From contig OX597823.1 in assembly GCA_951406725.2 (NCBI GenBank), forward strand, positions 7,440,001 to 7,504,000: 64,000 bases of DNA, given 5' to 3'. The stretch's first letter is position 1, and each line of letters starts with the position of its first letter. A program made the position numbers and the translations under genes. This DNA is from Octopus vulgaris (lineage: Eukaryota). The notes beneath the pieces are model-generated. The model was not told where the DNA came from. It worked only from the letters and a program-made list of their open reading frames with translations, and did not search any database. Below, piece by piece: positions 1 through 12,670 of this stretch.

Positions 1-76
1 GTATCAGTTACGCACTGAAGTCGATGCAATTGGCTTAATTCCCTCCACCAAGCTGCTCCTGTGGCAAAAATTTGAA

Positions 77-129
<53 letters not shown>

Positions 130-338
130 GGCGGCGAACTGGCAAAACAGTTAGTACGCCGGGCAAAATGCTTAGCGGTATTTCGTCCGTCTTTACGTTC
201 TGAGTTCAAACTCCGCCGAGGTTGACTTTGCCGTTCATCCTTTCGGGATCGATGAATTAAGTAACAGTAAAACACTAGGGATGATGTAATTGACTTAATC
301 TTTGCCCCCAAACTACCCTTGTGACAAATTTGAAACCC
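130..338 (+). mobile_element. tRNA-derived SINE, family A (GGCGGCGAGCTGGCAGAA head)
   Basis: Box A/B-like head (GAGTTCAAA) and central GACTTTGCC(T/G)TTCATCCTTTCGGG..GAT..A.TAAGTA domain; many copies in the window. Resembles Octopus OK/OR-type SINEs, but the family name is not verified. Confidence 0.85.
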
Positions 339-487
339 TTATTATTATTATCATTATTATTATTATCATTATTATTATTATTATTATTGTTATTATTATT
401 ATCATTATCATTATTATTATTATCATTATTATTATTATCAATATTATCATTATTATTATTGTTATTATTATTATCATTATCATTATT

Positions 488-519
<32 letters not shown>

Positions 520-652
520 CATTATTATTATTATCATTATTATTATTATTATTATTGTTATTATTATTATCATTATCATTATTATTATCATTATTATTAT
601 TATCAATATTATCATTATTATTATTGTTATTATTATTATCATTATCATTATT

Positions 653-684
<32 letters not shown>

Positions 685-708
685 CATTATTATTATTATT
701 ATTGTTAT

Positions 709-740
<32 letters not shown>

Positions 741-814
741 CATTATTATTATTATTATTATTGTTATCATTATCATTATTATTATTATTATTGTTATCAT
801 TATTATTATTGTTA

Positions 815-861
<47 letters not shown>
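339..861. repeat. (ATT)n/(ATC)n compound microsatellite with higher-order duplication
   Basis: Direct reading; the variant block ATCAATATTATC recurs near 438 and 603. Confidence 0.95.
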
Positions 862-862
<1 letters not shown>

Positions 863-863
<1 letters not shown>

Positions 864-1078
864 GACGGCGAGCTGGTAGAACCGTTAGCACACTGGACGA
901 AATGCTTAGCAGTATTTCATCCGACTTTGCGTTCTGAGTTCAAATTCCGCCGAGGTGGACTTTGACTTTAATCCTTTCGAGCTCGATAAAATAAGTACCA
1001 GTTGAACACTGGGGTCGATGTAATCTACTTACCCTCTCCCCACGAAATTTTAAGCATTGTTCTCAGAGAAGAAACGAT
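863..1078 (+). mobile_element. SINE family A
   Basis: Same head and central domain as 130-338. Confidence 0.85.
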
Positions 1079-1199
1079 TATTTATTTATTCACCAGATTT
1101 GATAAATTATACATCGGTCAAAAACGGAAGTACATTCAATTGACTACAGATACATTACCAACTTTTCTGGTGTGGCTAAAATTCAGAATTGCAATGTGC

Positions 1200-1251
<52 letters not shown>

Positions 1252-1390
1252 ATCACATAGTAATCGTATATTAGGGAAGCCACAATTTAAGAACGAACTC
1301 AATACATTTAGAATGCAGAATATACAAATATATCAGGAGAGTTCTGAAAAGACTGAAATAGGTGGGCAGCCTGTAAGATCCAATAACATA

Positions 1391-1439
<49 letters not shown>

Positions 1440-1454
1440 AACGTACGCACATAT

Positions 1455-2068
1455 TCTAGGCACAAGGCCCGAAATTTTTGTGGGGAGGGGTTCAGTCGAA
1501 TACATCGACTCCAGTACGCAACTGGTACTTAATTTATCGATCCCGAAAAGGATGAAAGGCAAAGTCGACTTCGGCGGAATTTGAACTCAGAACATAAAGA
1601 CAGGCGAAATATTGCTAAGCATTTCGACCGGCGTGCTAAAGTTTCTTATTTCTTTATAGATCAAAAGGGGCTAAACATAGAGGGGTCAAACAAGGACAGA
1701 CAAAGGGATTAAGCCGATTACATCGACCCCAGTGCGTAACTGGTACTTAATTTATCGACTCCGAAAGGATGAAAGGCAAAGACGACCTCGGCGGAATTTG
1801 AACTCAGAACGTAACGGCAGACGAAATACCTATTTCTATTTCTTTACTACCCACAAGGGGCTAAACATAGAGAGGACAAACAAGGACAGACAAACGGATT
1901 AAGTAGATTATATTGACCCCAGTGCGTAACTGGTACTTAATTTATCGACCCCGAAAGGATGAAAGGCAAAGTCAACCTCGGCGGAATTTGAACTCAGAAC
2001 GTAACGGCTGACGAAATACGGCTACGCATTTCGCCCGGCGCGCTAACGGTTCTGCCAGCTCGCCGCCT
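1455..2068 (-). mobile_element. SINE family A multimer (three tandem or partial units)
   Basis: GGATGAAAGGCAAAG..GACCTCGGCGGAATTTGAACTCAGAAC occurs three times; head at 2068. Confidence 0.85.
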
Positions 2069-2492
2069 TAACGCACACACATATTGTGAGAAAATTGGGA
2101 GATAGAACAATAAAAGATGGAGGAAGGAGGGAGCTATTAACTTCCTAATTTTTTTTGATGCAATGTTAATGACCGCTTCCACTATCTCCAGTAGCACTGA
2201 TAAAACCACCGTTATTATCATCACTGACACCATCAAGATCATCATCATCATCATCATCATTGTTGTTGTTGTTGTCGACGTCGCCAACGAAGCTGTCAAA
2301 ACCACATCCAACGACAACCTCGGGCACGTCGCAGTCGTCATCATCAACGTTGTCGTTGTCGACGCCGTCGTCAGTAGCAGCAGTAATCGGAACGATTTGC
2401 CTGTTTAAACAAAGCACGGCGTTTGTGTTCGGATGCAAAAAGCATCTCTCCATGCGTTACGATCCAGTCCCACGAATTAGGAAATATTTTAG

Positions 2493-2685
2493 GCATCTTT
2501 TCGGTTTGAACGGCAGTTTTTAACATGTGGCTGTGTGGTAAGTAGCTTGCTAAACCAACCACACGGTTCCGGGTTCAGTCCCACTGCGTGGCATCTTGGG
2601 CAAGTGTCTTCTGCTATAGCCCCGGGCCGACCAATGCCTTGTGAGTGGATTTTGTAGACGGAAACTGAAAGAAGCCTGTCGTATA

Positions 2686-2775
<90 letters not shown>

Positions 2776-3350
2776 TGTTTGTTCCCCTAGCATTGCTTGA
2801 CAACCGATGCTGGTGTGTTTACGTCCCTGTCACTTAGCGGTTCGGCAAAAGAGACCGATAGAATCAGTAATGGGCTTACAAAGAATAAGTCCCGGGGTCG
2901 ATTTGCTCGACTAAAGGCGGTGCTCCAGCATGGCCGCAGTCAAATGACTGAAACAAGTAAAAGAGTAAAAGAGAGAGTAACTGAAAAAATTTATACTTCG
3001 TATACTGGTAGAATGTGTTTATAAAACATCTTTTTCTTATGGCTTCATTGAGAAAATTCTATAGTTTGTAAGATATTTGTTGTTTTTTCTTCAATTTCTG
3101 CAATTTCAACCAATCAATGACATCTATTGAGGTAAAAAAAACATTCTGTGCTGTATGAATATGTCCCTCGTTTAAGAAACAGATTGGGTTTATTTACATT
3201 TGTGAAGAAAAAAAGATACCCTTCCCCCCACCCCTAACACTAACCCTAAAACAGATTGAAATGCAATAGATCGATACTAGGGTCATAATTATGGGTGATA
3301 ATTTCATATGACACCGCTAGAAAAAACTGCCGTTCAAACCGAAAAGATCC
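2493..3350. mobile_element. Non-autonomous DNA transposon (Merlin-like MITE) with a nested SINE
   Basis: TIRs of about 28 bp, G(G/C)ATCTTTTCGGTTTGAACGGCAGTTTTT, and an 8-bp TSD TATTTTAG (2485-2492 and 3351-3358). GG-starting TIRs with an 8-bp TSD fit Merlin. Internal CCCTAA-like motifs near 3231-3248. Confidence 0.75.
2527..2975 (+). mobile_element. tRNA-derived CORE-like SINE, family B (GTGGCTGTGTGGTAAG head)
   Basis: Box A/B head, CTTGGGCAAGTGTCTTCT CORE-like segment, internal (TA)/(TG) microsatellite and GACTGAAACAAGTAAAAGAG tail. Confidence 0.9.
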
Positions 3351-3577
3351 TATTTTAGAATGGAAACTACTTTCTAATGTCAATATTTTCTGAAACTATT
3401 ATAACTTCACACACGCAAAAGCACATGTATGTGAGTGTGTGGTAAGAAGTTTGCTTCCCAACCACGCGGTTCCAGGTTCAGTCCCACCGTGCAGCATCTT
3501 GGCTAAGTACCTTCTTCTACTAAAGCACCACGCCGACCAAAGCCCTGTGAGTGAATTTGGAAATAGGAAATAGCTTG

Positions 3578-3628
<51 letters not shown>

Positions 3629-3755
3629 AACACATACATATATACATACATACACACACACACATATATGTATGTATATGCGTGTATGTGTGTGTATACA
3701 TATATATAATATAATATAATATATATATTATGCATATGTATGTATACATACATAT

Positions 3756-3826
<71 letters not shown>

Positions 3827-3831
3827 ACATA

Positions 3832-4230
3832 TGGCTGTGTGGCAAGTAGCTTGCTAACCAACCACATGGTTCCTGGTTCAGTCCCACTGCGTGGCATCTT
3901 GGGCAAGTGTCTTCTGCTATAGCCACGGGCCGACCAATGCCTTGTGAGTGGATTTGGAAGACAGAAACTGAAAGAAGCCTGTCGTATATATGTATATATA
4001 TATATATGTGCGTGTATGTTTGTGTGTCTGTGTTTGTCCCCCTAGCATTGCTTGACAACCGATGCTGGTGTGTTTACGTCCCCGTAACTTAGCGGTTCGG
4101 CAAAAGAGACCGATAGAATAAGTACTGGGCTTACAACGAATAAGTCCCGGGGTTGATTTGCTCAACTAAAGGCGGTGCTCCAGCATGGCCGCAGTCAAAT
4201 GACTGAAACAAATAAAAGAGTAAAAGAGTA
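3832..4230 (+). mobile_element. SINE family B (a further head-only copy lies at about 3433-3582)
   Basis: Near-identical to 2527-2975. Confidence 0.9.
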
Positions 4231-4373
4231 TATAATACATACATACATATATATATATGCATATATATATATATATATGAATTTCTATATAAATAAGGAT
4301 AAGATCGTTTTTTTTAAATAACAATCAGATCAAGTGACAGCATGGGAAGAAAAACCTTATAGGTTATAATTAT

Positions 4374-4596
4374 CATTAAAATTATAAATAAGGGCATCTA
4401 AGAGATATTACCATGCTTGAAATAGCAGTCAAAACCTGACTCTAAAAACCACACCAAGTTTTCAATGAAGCACAAGGTGAAAAGGCAAATAGATAAACCG
4501 AAACTACACCTGATTATACAAACACTTTAGATGAGTTGTAGTGCACCTGAGCACTGTACACAATGTTTTATTATTATTTTTTAAACTAGTAAAAAT

Positions 4597-4637
<41 letters not shown>

Positions 4638-4874
4638 CTGAAGATGCCTACAATGCTAGAAATAAAGGCTAAAGTGCTCTGTAACAATTTAGCTCTTATT
4701 ATATCTAGCATTGTAGGTGTCCTAACACCTGTCATATCCAATTTTTACTAGTTTATTTATCTATTTGTCTTTTCCTCTTGTGCTCTATTGAACAAATTGA
4801 TGTGGTTATTAAAGTCAGGTTTTGACTGTTATTTCAAGCATGGTGGTATATCCCTTAGATACCCTTATTTATAA

Positions 4875-4882
<8 letters not shown>
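4374..4882. repeat. About 65-bp inverted repeats (about 4374-4440 and 4813-4882) enclosing a CR1 3'-UTR fragment and a hairpin
   Basis: AATAAGGGCATCTAAGAGATATTACCATGCTTGAAATAGCAGTCAAAACCTGACT and its reverse complement. GTGCACCTGAGCACTGTA near 4540 matches the CR1 tail near 44070. Confidence 0.7.
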
Positions 4883-4916
<34 letters not shown>

Positions 4917-4926
4917 GCATATTATA

Positions 4927-4995
<69 letters not shown>

Positions 4996-5490
4996 CAATA
5001 AAAAACAATAATAATAATATAAATAATAATATAAATAATAATAATAACAATAATAAAAAACAATAATAACAATAATGATAATAACAACAACAATAATATG
5101 ACAACGAAAGAATGAATGAGACTTCGATATTATGTAAATAGAGAAATTAATCAATAAATTTATTATATAGGACAATCAGCTGGTTTTCATAAAAATACTG
5201 TGAGTTTGGGCATCTGAAACTCTGAGTATTATTATAACAACCAACTGATTGTCCTATATTATATATATATATATATGTGTATAATTTTAATTATATATAT
5301 ATTATATATACATTAGGTGCAGGTGTATCTGTTTGGCTATAGGTTACTACCCAACCGCATGGCACTGGTTTTAGTCTCACTGCGTGGCATCTTGAGCAAG
5401 TGTTTTCTACTATAGCCTCGGGCCAACCAAAGCCTTTTGAGTGGATGTGGTAGATGGAAACCGAGAGAGGTCCATCATATATATATATAA

Positions 5491-5728
5491 CGAGCAAAAC
5501 GCCCCCCACCATCCAATGGACGGTGCTGATGTACTTACGTGTACAAATGCACGTTCCCATGGCTTTATCAATCGCATTCTCACCTGGAATTGATTGTTGT
5601 AATTTTTTCAAGACTTATACACGCCCTGATACCATCAGTATCTACATATCAACTTTGAGTGCAATCGGATGGAGGATGCCTGAGATCCTAGAAGACACAC
5701 ACACACACAACGGATTTTATATAAGAGA
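5491..5728 (-). mobile_element. Putative non-autonomous Helitron
   Basis: On the minus strand A|TCTCTTATATAAAA ... GGGGGCGTTTTGCTCG|T; the 3' end is CTCG rather than the canonical CTRR. Confidence 0.5.
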
Positions 5729-5899
5729 TTAAATTAGGCAGCTGTTTAGTAATGTACCACCAAAAATAAAAACTATAATTGTCATTAAATATGATAGAAG
5801 GTGTAGAAGGTCTACAATGCTAGAAATAAGAGCTAAACTGTCACAGAGCACTTTAGCCCTTATTTCTAGCATTGTAGGTGTTCTAACATCTTTAATCAT

Positions 5900-5950
<51 letters not shown>

Positions 5951-5954
<4 letters not shown>

Positions 5955-6434
5955 GCTTCGATTCCTTGCCTCTGCAGCGAGTTCAGCACTGCGTTGGTTT
6001 CGACGCTATCGAAGGCCTTCTCATAATCTATGAACGCAACGCAAAGAGGCAGCTTGTACTCATTTGCTCGCTCAAGCAGTTGCGTTTGGGCAAATATATG
6101 GTCCATTGTGCTGTAGTTCTTCCGGAAGCCTGCTTGCTCCCTCGGTTGTTGTTCGTCGAGACGACTTGACAACCTGTTCAGAATTATCTTCGTGAACAGC
6201 TTGTACACGTGAGACAGCAGGCATATGGGTCGGTAGGTCTTTAGATCTTCTCTGTCACCCTTCTTATACAGCAGGATGGTATTTGACTCTTTCCACTGCG
6301 AGGGAATTCTTCCCTCGTCTAGATAGTGCGTAAATCGCTCAGCGAGGATTTTCCAGAGCTGCTCTCTGTCTGACTTTAGCACCTCCGATGTTATACCGTC
6401 TTTCCCCGGAGCCTTTCCGTTTTTCATCGAGCCG
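5951..6434 (-). pseudogene. RTE-clade LINE reverse transcriptase, inverted 5' segment
   Basis: GKAPGKDGI...YRPICLLSHVYKLFTKII...QAGFR..YSTMDHIF...AFIDYEKAFDSV, the RT N-terminal motifs. Confidence 0.93.
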
Positions 6435-7444
6435 AGAGGCAAGGAATCGAAGCGCAATATGTGCAGCTGCTCAGAGAGGCAAATTCCGGATGCACCACAG
6501 ACATAGCTCTACTGTCATCACCCATACGAGTGCCGGTTGAGAAGGGAGTGAAGCAAGGAGATACAATCTCCCCAAAACTTTTCACTGCATGTCTCGAACA
6601 GATCATCAGAGGCATCGAATGGCAAGGTGGTGTCAACATCAATGGCGAGCTCCTCACTCACCTCCGTTTCGCTGACGACATCGTACTCATCGCTGAAAAC
6701 ATGGATCAGCTTCAGACCATGCTGACATCAAAAGTTCTGCAGTAGGTCTCAAGATGAACCGCATGAAAACAAAGTTCATGCGGTCAGACAATGTACCAAC
6801 AGGTCGAATGGTGATCGGCAGTGATGAAATAGAGGAGGTGAGAGAATACGTCTACCTGGGACAGGAAGTAAATATGTGCCGGGATATCAAAAAGGAGATC
6901 TCACGGAGAGTAAGGGCCGGATGGAAGGCGTTCAATGGCATAAGGGATGTGCTCAAGGGAAGGTTGGACAGGACCACCCGCGCCAACCTCATTAACAGTG
7001 CAGTTCTGCCTGCAATGTTATATGGTAGTGAAACATGGGCTACCACAAAGAGAGAAGAGCAAAGACTGGTAACGGCTCAAAGAGCCATGGAAAGGTCAAT
7101 GCTTGGTATCTCGTTGTGAGAGCACATAAGTAGCAAGATCATCAGAAAGAAGTCCGGCGTGAGAGATGTCATCGCAGAGTATACACGCAGCAAGTATAGA
7201 TGGGCTGGACACGTCGCCCGGCTCACCGATAATCGGTGGACGCACGCAGTTTTCGAGTGGTACCCGCGCGAGCGGAAAAGACCACGCGGAAGACCTCCAC
7301 GACGATGGAGTGAAAATTTCAGGAGGACGATTGGGATCACGTGGATGAGAAAGGCGCGATCCAGAGAGGAGTGGACAGCGTGCTGTGACCAGCAGTGTCA
7401 AATGGACGCCTGACGGACTGGTCGGTCAAAGTGATCAAAGTGAT
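6435..7444 (+). mobile_element. RTE-clade LINE 3' segment (RT C-terminal half, disrupted) with a (TCAAAGTGA)2 tail
   Basis: GVKQGDTISPKLF, LRFADDIVL, YVYLGQ, MLYGSETW and RWAGHVAR motifs; frameshift near 6727, premature stop at 7117-7119 and true stop at 7413. Confidence 0.93.
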
Positions 7445-7466
7445 ATATATATATATATATATACAC

Positions 7467-8315
7467 ACAGGTTGCAATGGGTAAATTGTTACAATTTTAT
7501 ATTCTTAATTTCGTGCATGCGCGTTGTTTGTTTTGAATTTTGTCAACTACACAGTATAGTATGGTGAGAAAATCAGCACCAGGACACAATTCATTCTGCC
7601 AGAAATTTGGGAATGACATGCCGTACTGCTAGGCATTCATGCCAGAAGCTCCAATACGAACATTTCAGAGTGTTTGGGTGTCAATCTGAGGAAATGTACA
7701 GAGAGTGATAAAAATCAAATATCCACTCAACATCATGGCGTTTGGAGTGATCACAAGTGATGGCAACGTTAAGCCTCCATTCATCTTCCTACACGACCTC
7801 AAACTCAACAAGGAGGCCTACATTAAGTGCCTGAAGGATATAGTGCTGCCCTGGGTCAAGAGGGTGGCTGCTGGAAGACCCTATGTTTGACAACAGGACT
7901 CTGTACCATGCCGCACAAGCAGAAGAACCCAGTCATGGGTGTCAGACAATTCCTGTGACCACACCACCCCTAACATCTGGCCACCTAACTCCCCAGACTG
8001 CAACCCCCTTGATTAGTATGTGTGGGGCACAGTTAAGTGAGAGACCGACAAAACTCCTTGTTACACCAAAGATGAACTGAAAGCAAGGATTATAGCAACA
8101 TTGATTAACTTAAACAAGGAGACTGTCCAAAAGAGATACAGGAGATTCTGAAGAGTTTCAGGAGATTCCTGGAGATTCTAGAGGCCATGATTGAAGCCAA
8201 TGGCGATTTTCAACATATTTTTATGTAATTTTGGTGAATATATCTGTTAAAATGAGATATCAGTGTTATTTGCATTCCTGTGTAATTTAGACGGCAATAT
8301 TTTCATGGCACCCGG
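7467..8315 (+). mobile_element. Tc1/mariner-superfamily maT (DD37D) transposase fossil
   Basis: QQD-SVPCRTSRRTQSWVSDNSCDHTTPNIWPPNSPDCNPL-D gives 37 residues between the 2nd and 3rd Asp; several stops; degenerate TIR-like ends. Confidence 0.8.
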
Positions 8316-8714
8316 TCTATGTAGTCAACTTATATAATAAACAAACAATTGAATAAATGAATAAAAACAGACAACATGAGGATATGCAAAAGAAATGCAT
8401 TAGCTTGATGTTTGGTGAAAGGAGAGAGTTTGACATATTGAGCATAGCTCTTTGTCGGAAAGGAGAAAAGGAAAAGTTCAAACAAGGAAAAGAGGTCAAT
8501 AACAGCATGCTTGTAGTTGCATTGCTGAAGTCATCAATATATATACATGTATATGTGTGTGTGTATGTGCCTCTGTGTCTGTGTTTGTACCCCACCAATG
8601 GTTGACAACTGGTGTTGGTTTGTTTATATCCCCGTAAATTAGCAGTTTCGCAAAAGAGACTGACGGAATAAGTACTAGACTTGAAAGAAAAAAGTACTAG
8701 GGTCACTTCATTCG

Positions 8715-8767
<53 letters not shown>

Positions 8768-9804
8768 ATCATATATGATATGCAAAGAGAAGCTGTAGAT
8801 GAGGAAGACACAGAAGACATGGGATGAAGTAGTGAAAGGTAACCATAGAACCTTGAGCCCCACAGAAGATATAACAAAGGGCTAAGGTGTCTGGCAATAT
8901 AAGTATCTCATGAACCCCTGTCCATCATGGTGAAACTGACTTCTGGAAACACTGCATGGGTATATGCATAGAATCATTTAGAAAGAGAAGAATTATTTGC
9001 ATTAAATTAATTTTTAAGATGTGTAACTCTCCATTCTTAATTATTATGTCTTAATGAAATATGCATATGTATATATATATATATGTACACACATATTTAT
9101 ACACATGTATATTTATATACACACACACATATATATATACATATATATATGTATACACATATCTATATACACATACATATACACACATATATATATACAT
9201 ATATCTATTTATATATATATAATGTATGTATATACATATATATGTATATATGTGTGTTTGTGTGTGAATGTGTGTGTGTTTGTGTATATATATATGTATA
9301 TATAAAAGTAATTTTAGAGACAGGACCACCGTCAACTCAATCAACACTGAAATATTTTATACCCAACTACTCCATAAAATATTAAAAATTGAATCCTATA
9401 CTAACTATATTTATTCTGAATCCTGTATTTTCCGTTTATAAGCCTACACGTGTTTCATGAAAGTACGTTGGTATTGATTAGATACAAGGTATCTAGTTTC
9501 AATACTTACTTGGGTCGACATACTCCCAATCTTCAGGTCTGGATTCCTCAACATTTTTCACTACCTCTACCTCTTATATACTTCCATGATACTCTATATC
9601 TTCAATATACTCTTACTTAACATGTACAAATGAATAGAAATACAAATAATAAATAAAAATAATAACTGAATATTCACTTGGGACTCAAAGGCCCACAGCT
9701 TACAAAGGTTCACAAAGGTCCACAGCTATCTTGCAAAAAAGCCTGAGCAATCAGCATGGAGTTGGGGTATATGTTCTCAAGAAGCACCTTAATTTCACAA
9801 GCAG

Positions 9805-10052
9805 GCATGAGAGAGTCTTCCTAACATAAACTTGACAGAGAGTCCAGCTTGTTGACAGGAATGTTATAGATAAAGCGATTAAGAATATGAAGACTTGAAA
9901 AGCTCCTGGTCCATCAGTAATTATTCTTGAAATACTTAAAATATCTGGTGGTGATGAATACAGCCTAGTTACATATACAGTTAAATAGGTTGTACAGGAA
10001 GGTATTGTACCCTATAATTGGTGTAGTAGCATCATAGTCAATTTCTACAAGC
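9805..10052 (+). pseudogene. Old RTE-type LINE RT fragment
   Basis: Manual translation: IDKAIKNMKT*KAPGPSVIILEILK...EGIVPYNWCSSIIVNFYK. Confidence 0.7.
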
Positions 10053-10076
10053 TATAGAAAACCTCTTAGAAAGAAG

Positions 10077-10129
<53 letters not shown>

Positions 10130-10691
10130 TTACATGTCTAATAATTTTGGGATACATATAAGATAAAACTATATATATATATGTATAAATATATACATGA
10201 TTTATATCATATATTCGTTCTATATGTGTATCATATATATGTATATTTATACATATAATGCCTCGACTGGTTTAGTTCATGTTTTCTACCAAAAAACTTC
10301 GCTTGAAACTTGGTACGTAATCTATTGGTCCGTTTTCCTGTACCGGTAAATTTCGACGATGTAACCAAACCAACATTGGGTGTGAAGCTGTGGAGGGACC
10401 CACAAACACACACACACATAGCAGATACATGAAATATAGGCTTCTACATATTTCTCTTTTCCTAATTCACTCACACGTCAACGGTCGACCAAGGGGTATT
10501 GCGTAAGACACTTGCCGAATGTGTCGCTTGGTGTCACTGAAACCGAAACTACGTGGTTGCCATGCGCGAATCCTAAACATACTGCCAGGCTTTCGCCCAT
10601 ATCGATATAAGCAAAATTTGACAGTCAGCTGGCTATCTTGGCATAGGCTTGACAGTTACCTGCTACCTTTAGCAACCTAGCCTGGGACGAA

Positions 10692-11105
10692 GGCGGTGAG
10701 CTGGCAGAAACGTTAGCACGCCGGGTGAAATGCGTAGTGGTATTTCGTCTGCCGTTACGTTCTGAGTTCAAATTCCGCCGAGGTCGACTTTGCCTTTCAT
10801 CCTTTCGGGGTCGATTAAATAAGTACCAGTTACGCACCAGGGTCGATATGATCGACTTAATCCGTTTGTCTGTCCCTGTTTGTCCTCTCTGTGTTTAGCC
10901 CCTTGTGGGTAGTAAAGAAATAGGTATTTCGTCTGCCGTTACGTTCTGAGTTCAAATTTCGCCGACGTCGGCTTTGCCTTTCATCCTTTTGGGGTCGATA
11001 AATTAAGTACCAGTTACGCACTGGGGTGAATGTAATCGACTTAATCCGTGTGTCTCTCCTTGTTTGTCATCTCTGTGTTTCGCCCCTTGAGGGTAGCAAA
11101 GAAAT
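10692..11105 (+). mobile_element. Dimeric SINE family A flanked by 86-bp direct repeats
   Basis: Head at 10692 and a second partial unit from about 10923; flanks 10606-10691 and 11109-11194 are nearly identical. Confidence 0.88.
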
Positions 11106-11288
11106 ATGTATAAGCAAAATTTGACAGTCAGCTGGCAATCTTGGCATAGGCTTGACAGTTCCCGGCTATCTTTAGCAACCTAGCCTGGGACGAAACAGAG
11201 TCGGCTGTTAACTTCCAGTATAACGAACACACGAGATAATGTTTCAAGTAGATAAAATATTATCTTCAATATGTTTTTTCAACTCTAT

Positions 11289-11505
11289 GGCGGCGAGCTG
11301 GCAGAATCGATAGCAGTCCGGGCAAAAGTTTTTAGCGGCCTTTCGTCCGTCTTAATGCTCAGAGTTCAAATTCCGCCGAGGTTGACTTTGCCTTTCATCC
11401 TTTCGGACTCGATAAAATAAGTACCATTTAAGTCCTGGGGTTGATGTAATCGTCTTACATTATCCCCCAAAATTGCTGGCCTTGTGCCAAAATTTGAAAT
11501 CAATA
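11289..11505 (+). mobile_element. SINE family A
   Basis: Head plus central domain. Confidence 0.85.
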
Positions 11506-11569
11506 TATTTTACACTCTTACATTAACTTATACACGCACCCGTGTTTCTAAATATGAGTGCGTATGCAC

Positions 11570-11971
11570 ATATACACGTGTTTGTCGATCTACATGTACT
11601 AAATGATGCTCGTGAGGGTCTAATAAATTGTATTTAAGACAAACCTCTGCCGATGATTTATAGATGTCTATGTAAGTAAAATTACATATTACATTAGTAA
11701 TGAAACAATTGTTCAGGGTCAATCTATTTTTTCGTTATATTTCACTTTCCTTCCGTTAAATGTAGTGTTATTTCTTCTTGGAAATATCTTCCTGTGGCTA
11801 TACTAGTAACGGAGCTATTTTTAGCACTAGAGCTATCCACATAGTGGTAACTCTCTTATAATTTATGTATAAATTTGTATTATCTCCCTAGTTTTATGTG
11901 CTAAGCCACTTGGTGTTAAATTGATGGTATTATTAAATTAATATCAAATTTTTCACCCTCATTTATAAATC
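11570..11971 (+). mobile_element. Retrozyme/Penelope-like small repeat, diverged homologue of 48462-49173
   Basis: Colinear with about 48770-49173, has the same 3' end (CACCCTCATTTAT.AAT) and contains a hammerhead-like motif. Confidence 0.7.
11645..11718 (+). ncRNA. Degenerate type I hammerhead ribozyme motif
   Basis: CTCTG-CCGATGA-[long stem II]-GAAA-CAATTG-TT-CAGGG; the core carries a U4C change. Confidence 0.55.
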
Positions 11972-12279
11972 TGTATATCTATATGCACAGAGAGAGAAAG
12001 AGAAGATTTTTGAAGCGGTCTTAGGTCAACAGATTTGGGGTCTGACGATACGCCGTAAGGCCAAACTCTTTATGGGCTGGAAACCCAGGGTAACCCCATA
12101 GACCGGCCTCCTCTATTATAATATTAACTGCTCTACATCTTAGAGTGTGCTTCTTATCCGGATATATGTTTCTCTACAAACGATGTGTGTGTGTGTGTGT
12201 GTGTTGGCGTAAATTCAATATGTATATATGCGCAAACGAATGCGTATGCATACATAAAAATAACAACAATCAAAACAAA

Positions 12280-12670
12280 TCTTTATATATAAAAGTGAGG
12301 TTGTTTGCTGTCTGTCTCCTACGATTTAGATTCCAAACTACACCTACATTTTGCGGTGCAGTTTAACCAAAACCGGGTATCTTATAGTCGTGATTCATAT
12401 CGAGCCCTTCTGGGTAATAGCGCGCGTCTACGATTAATTTAAAAAAAATTTATCATTTTTTCCATTTTAATGCATTTTTGGCTATTATATAAGGGAAGTA
12501 ACTCTCTAAAAATGTCTATTATTAAATCTCAGAACGATTTAAAAAAAACAGTTACCATCATTTTTTTTAGCCATTTTTAATGATTTTTTGCTATTATACT
12601 TTACATCTCTAAAAATGCTTATATAGTTATTTCCCTTACAAACCCGAGAAACGCCGGGGGATACTGCTAG
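12280..12670 (+). mobile_element. Non-autonomous Helitron
   Basis: A|TCTTTATATATAAAA ... GC-rich CCCG..CGGG subterminal hairpin ... CTAG|T; inserted between A and T with no TSD. Confidence 0.85.

Noticed and set aside
12036-12075. CTGACGA-TAC-GCC-GTAA-GGC-CAAACTC hammerhead-like string
   Set aside because: GAAA is absent and stem I does not pair; at best a decayed relic.
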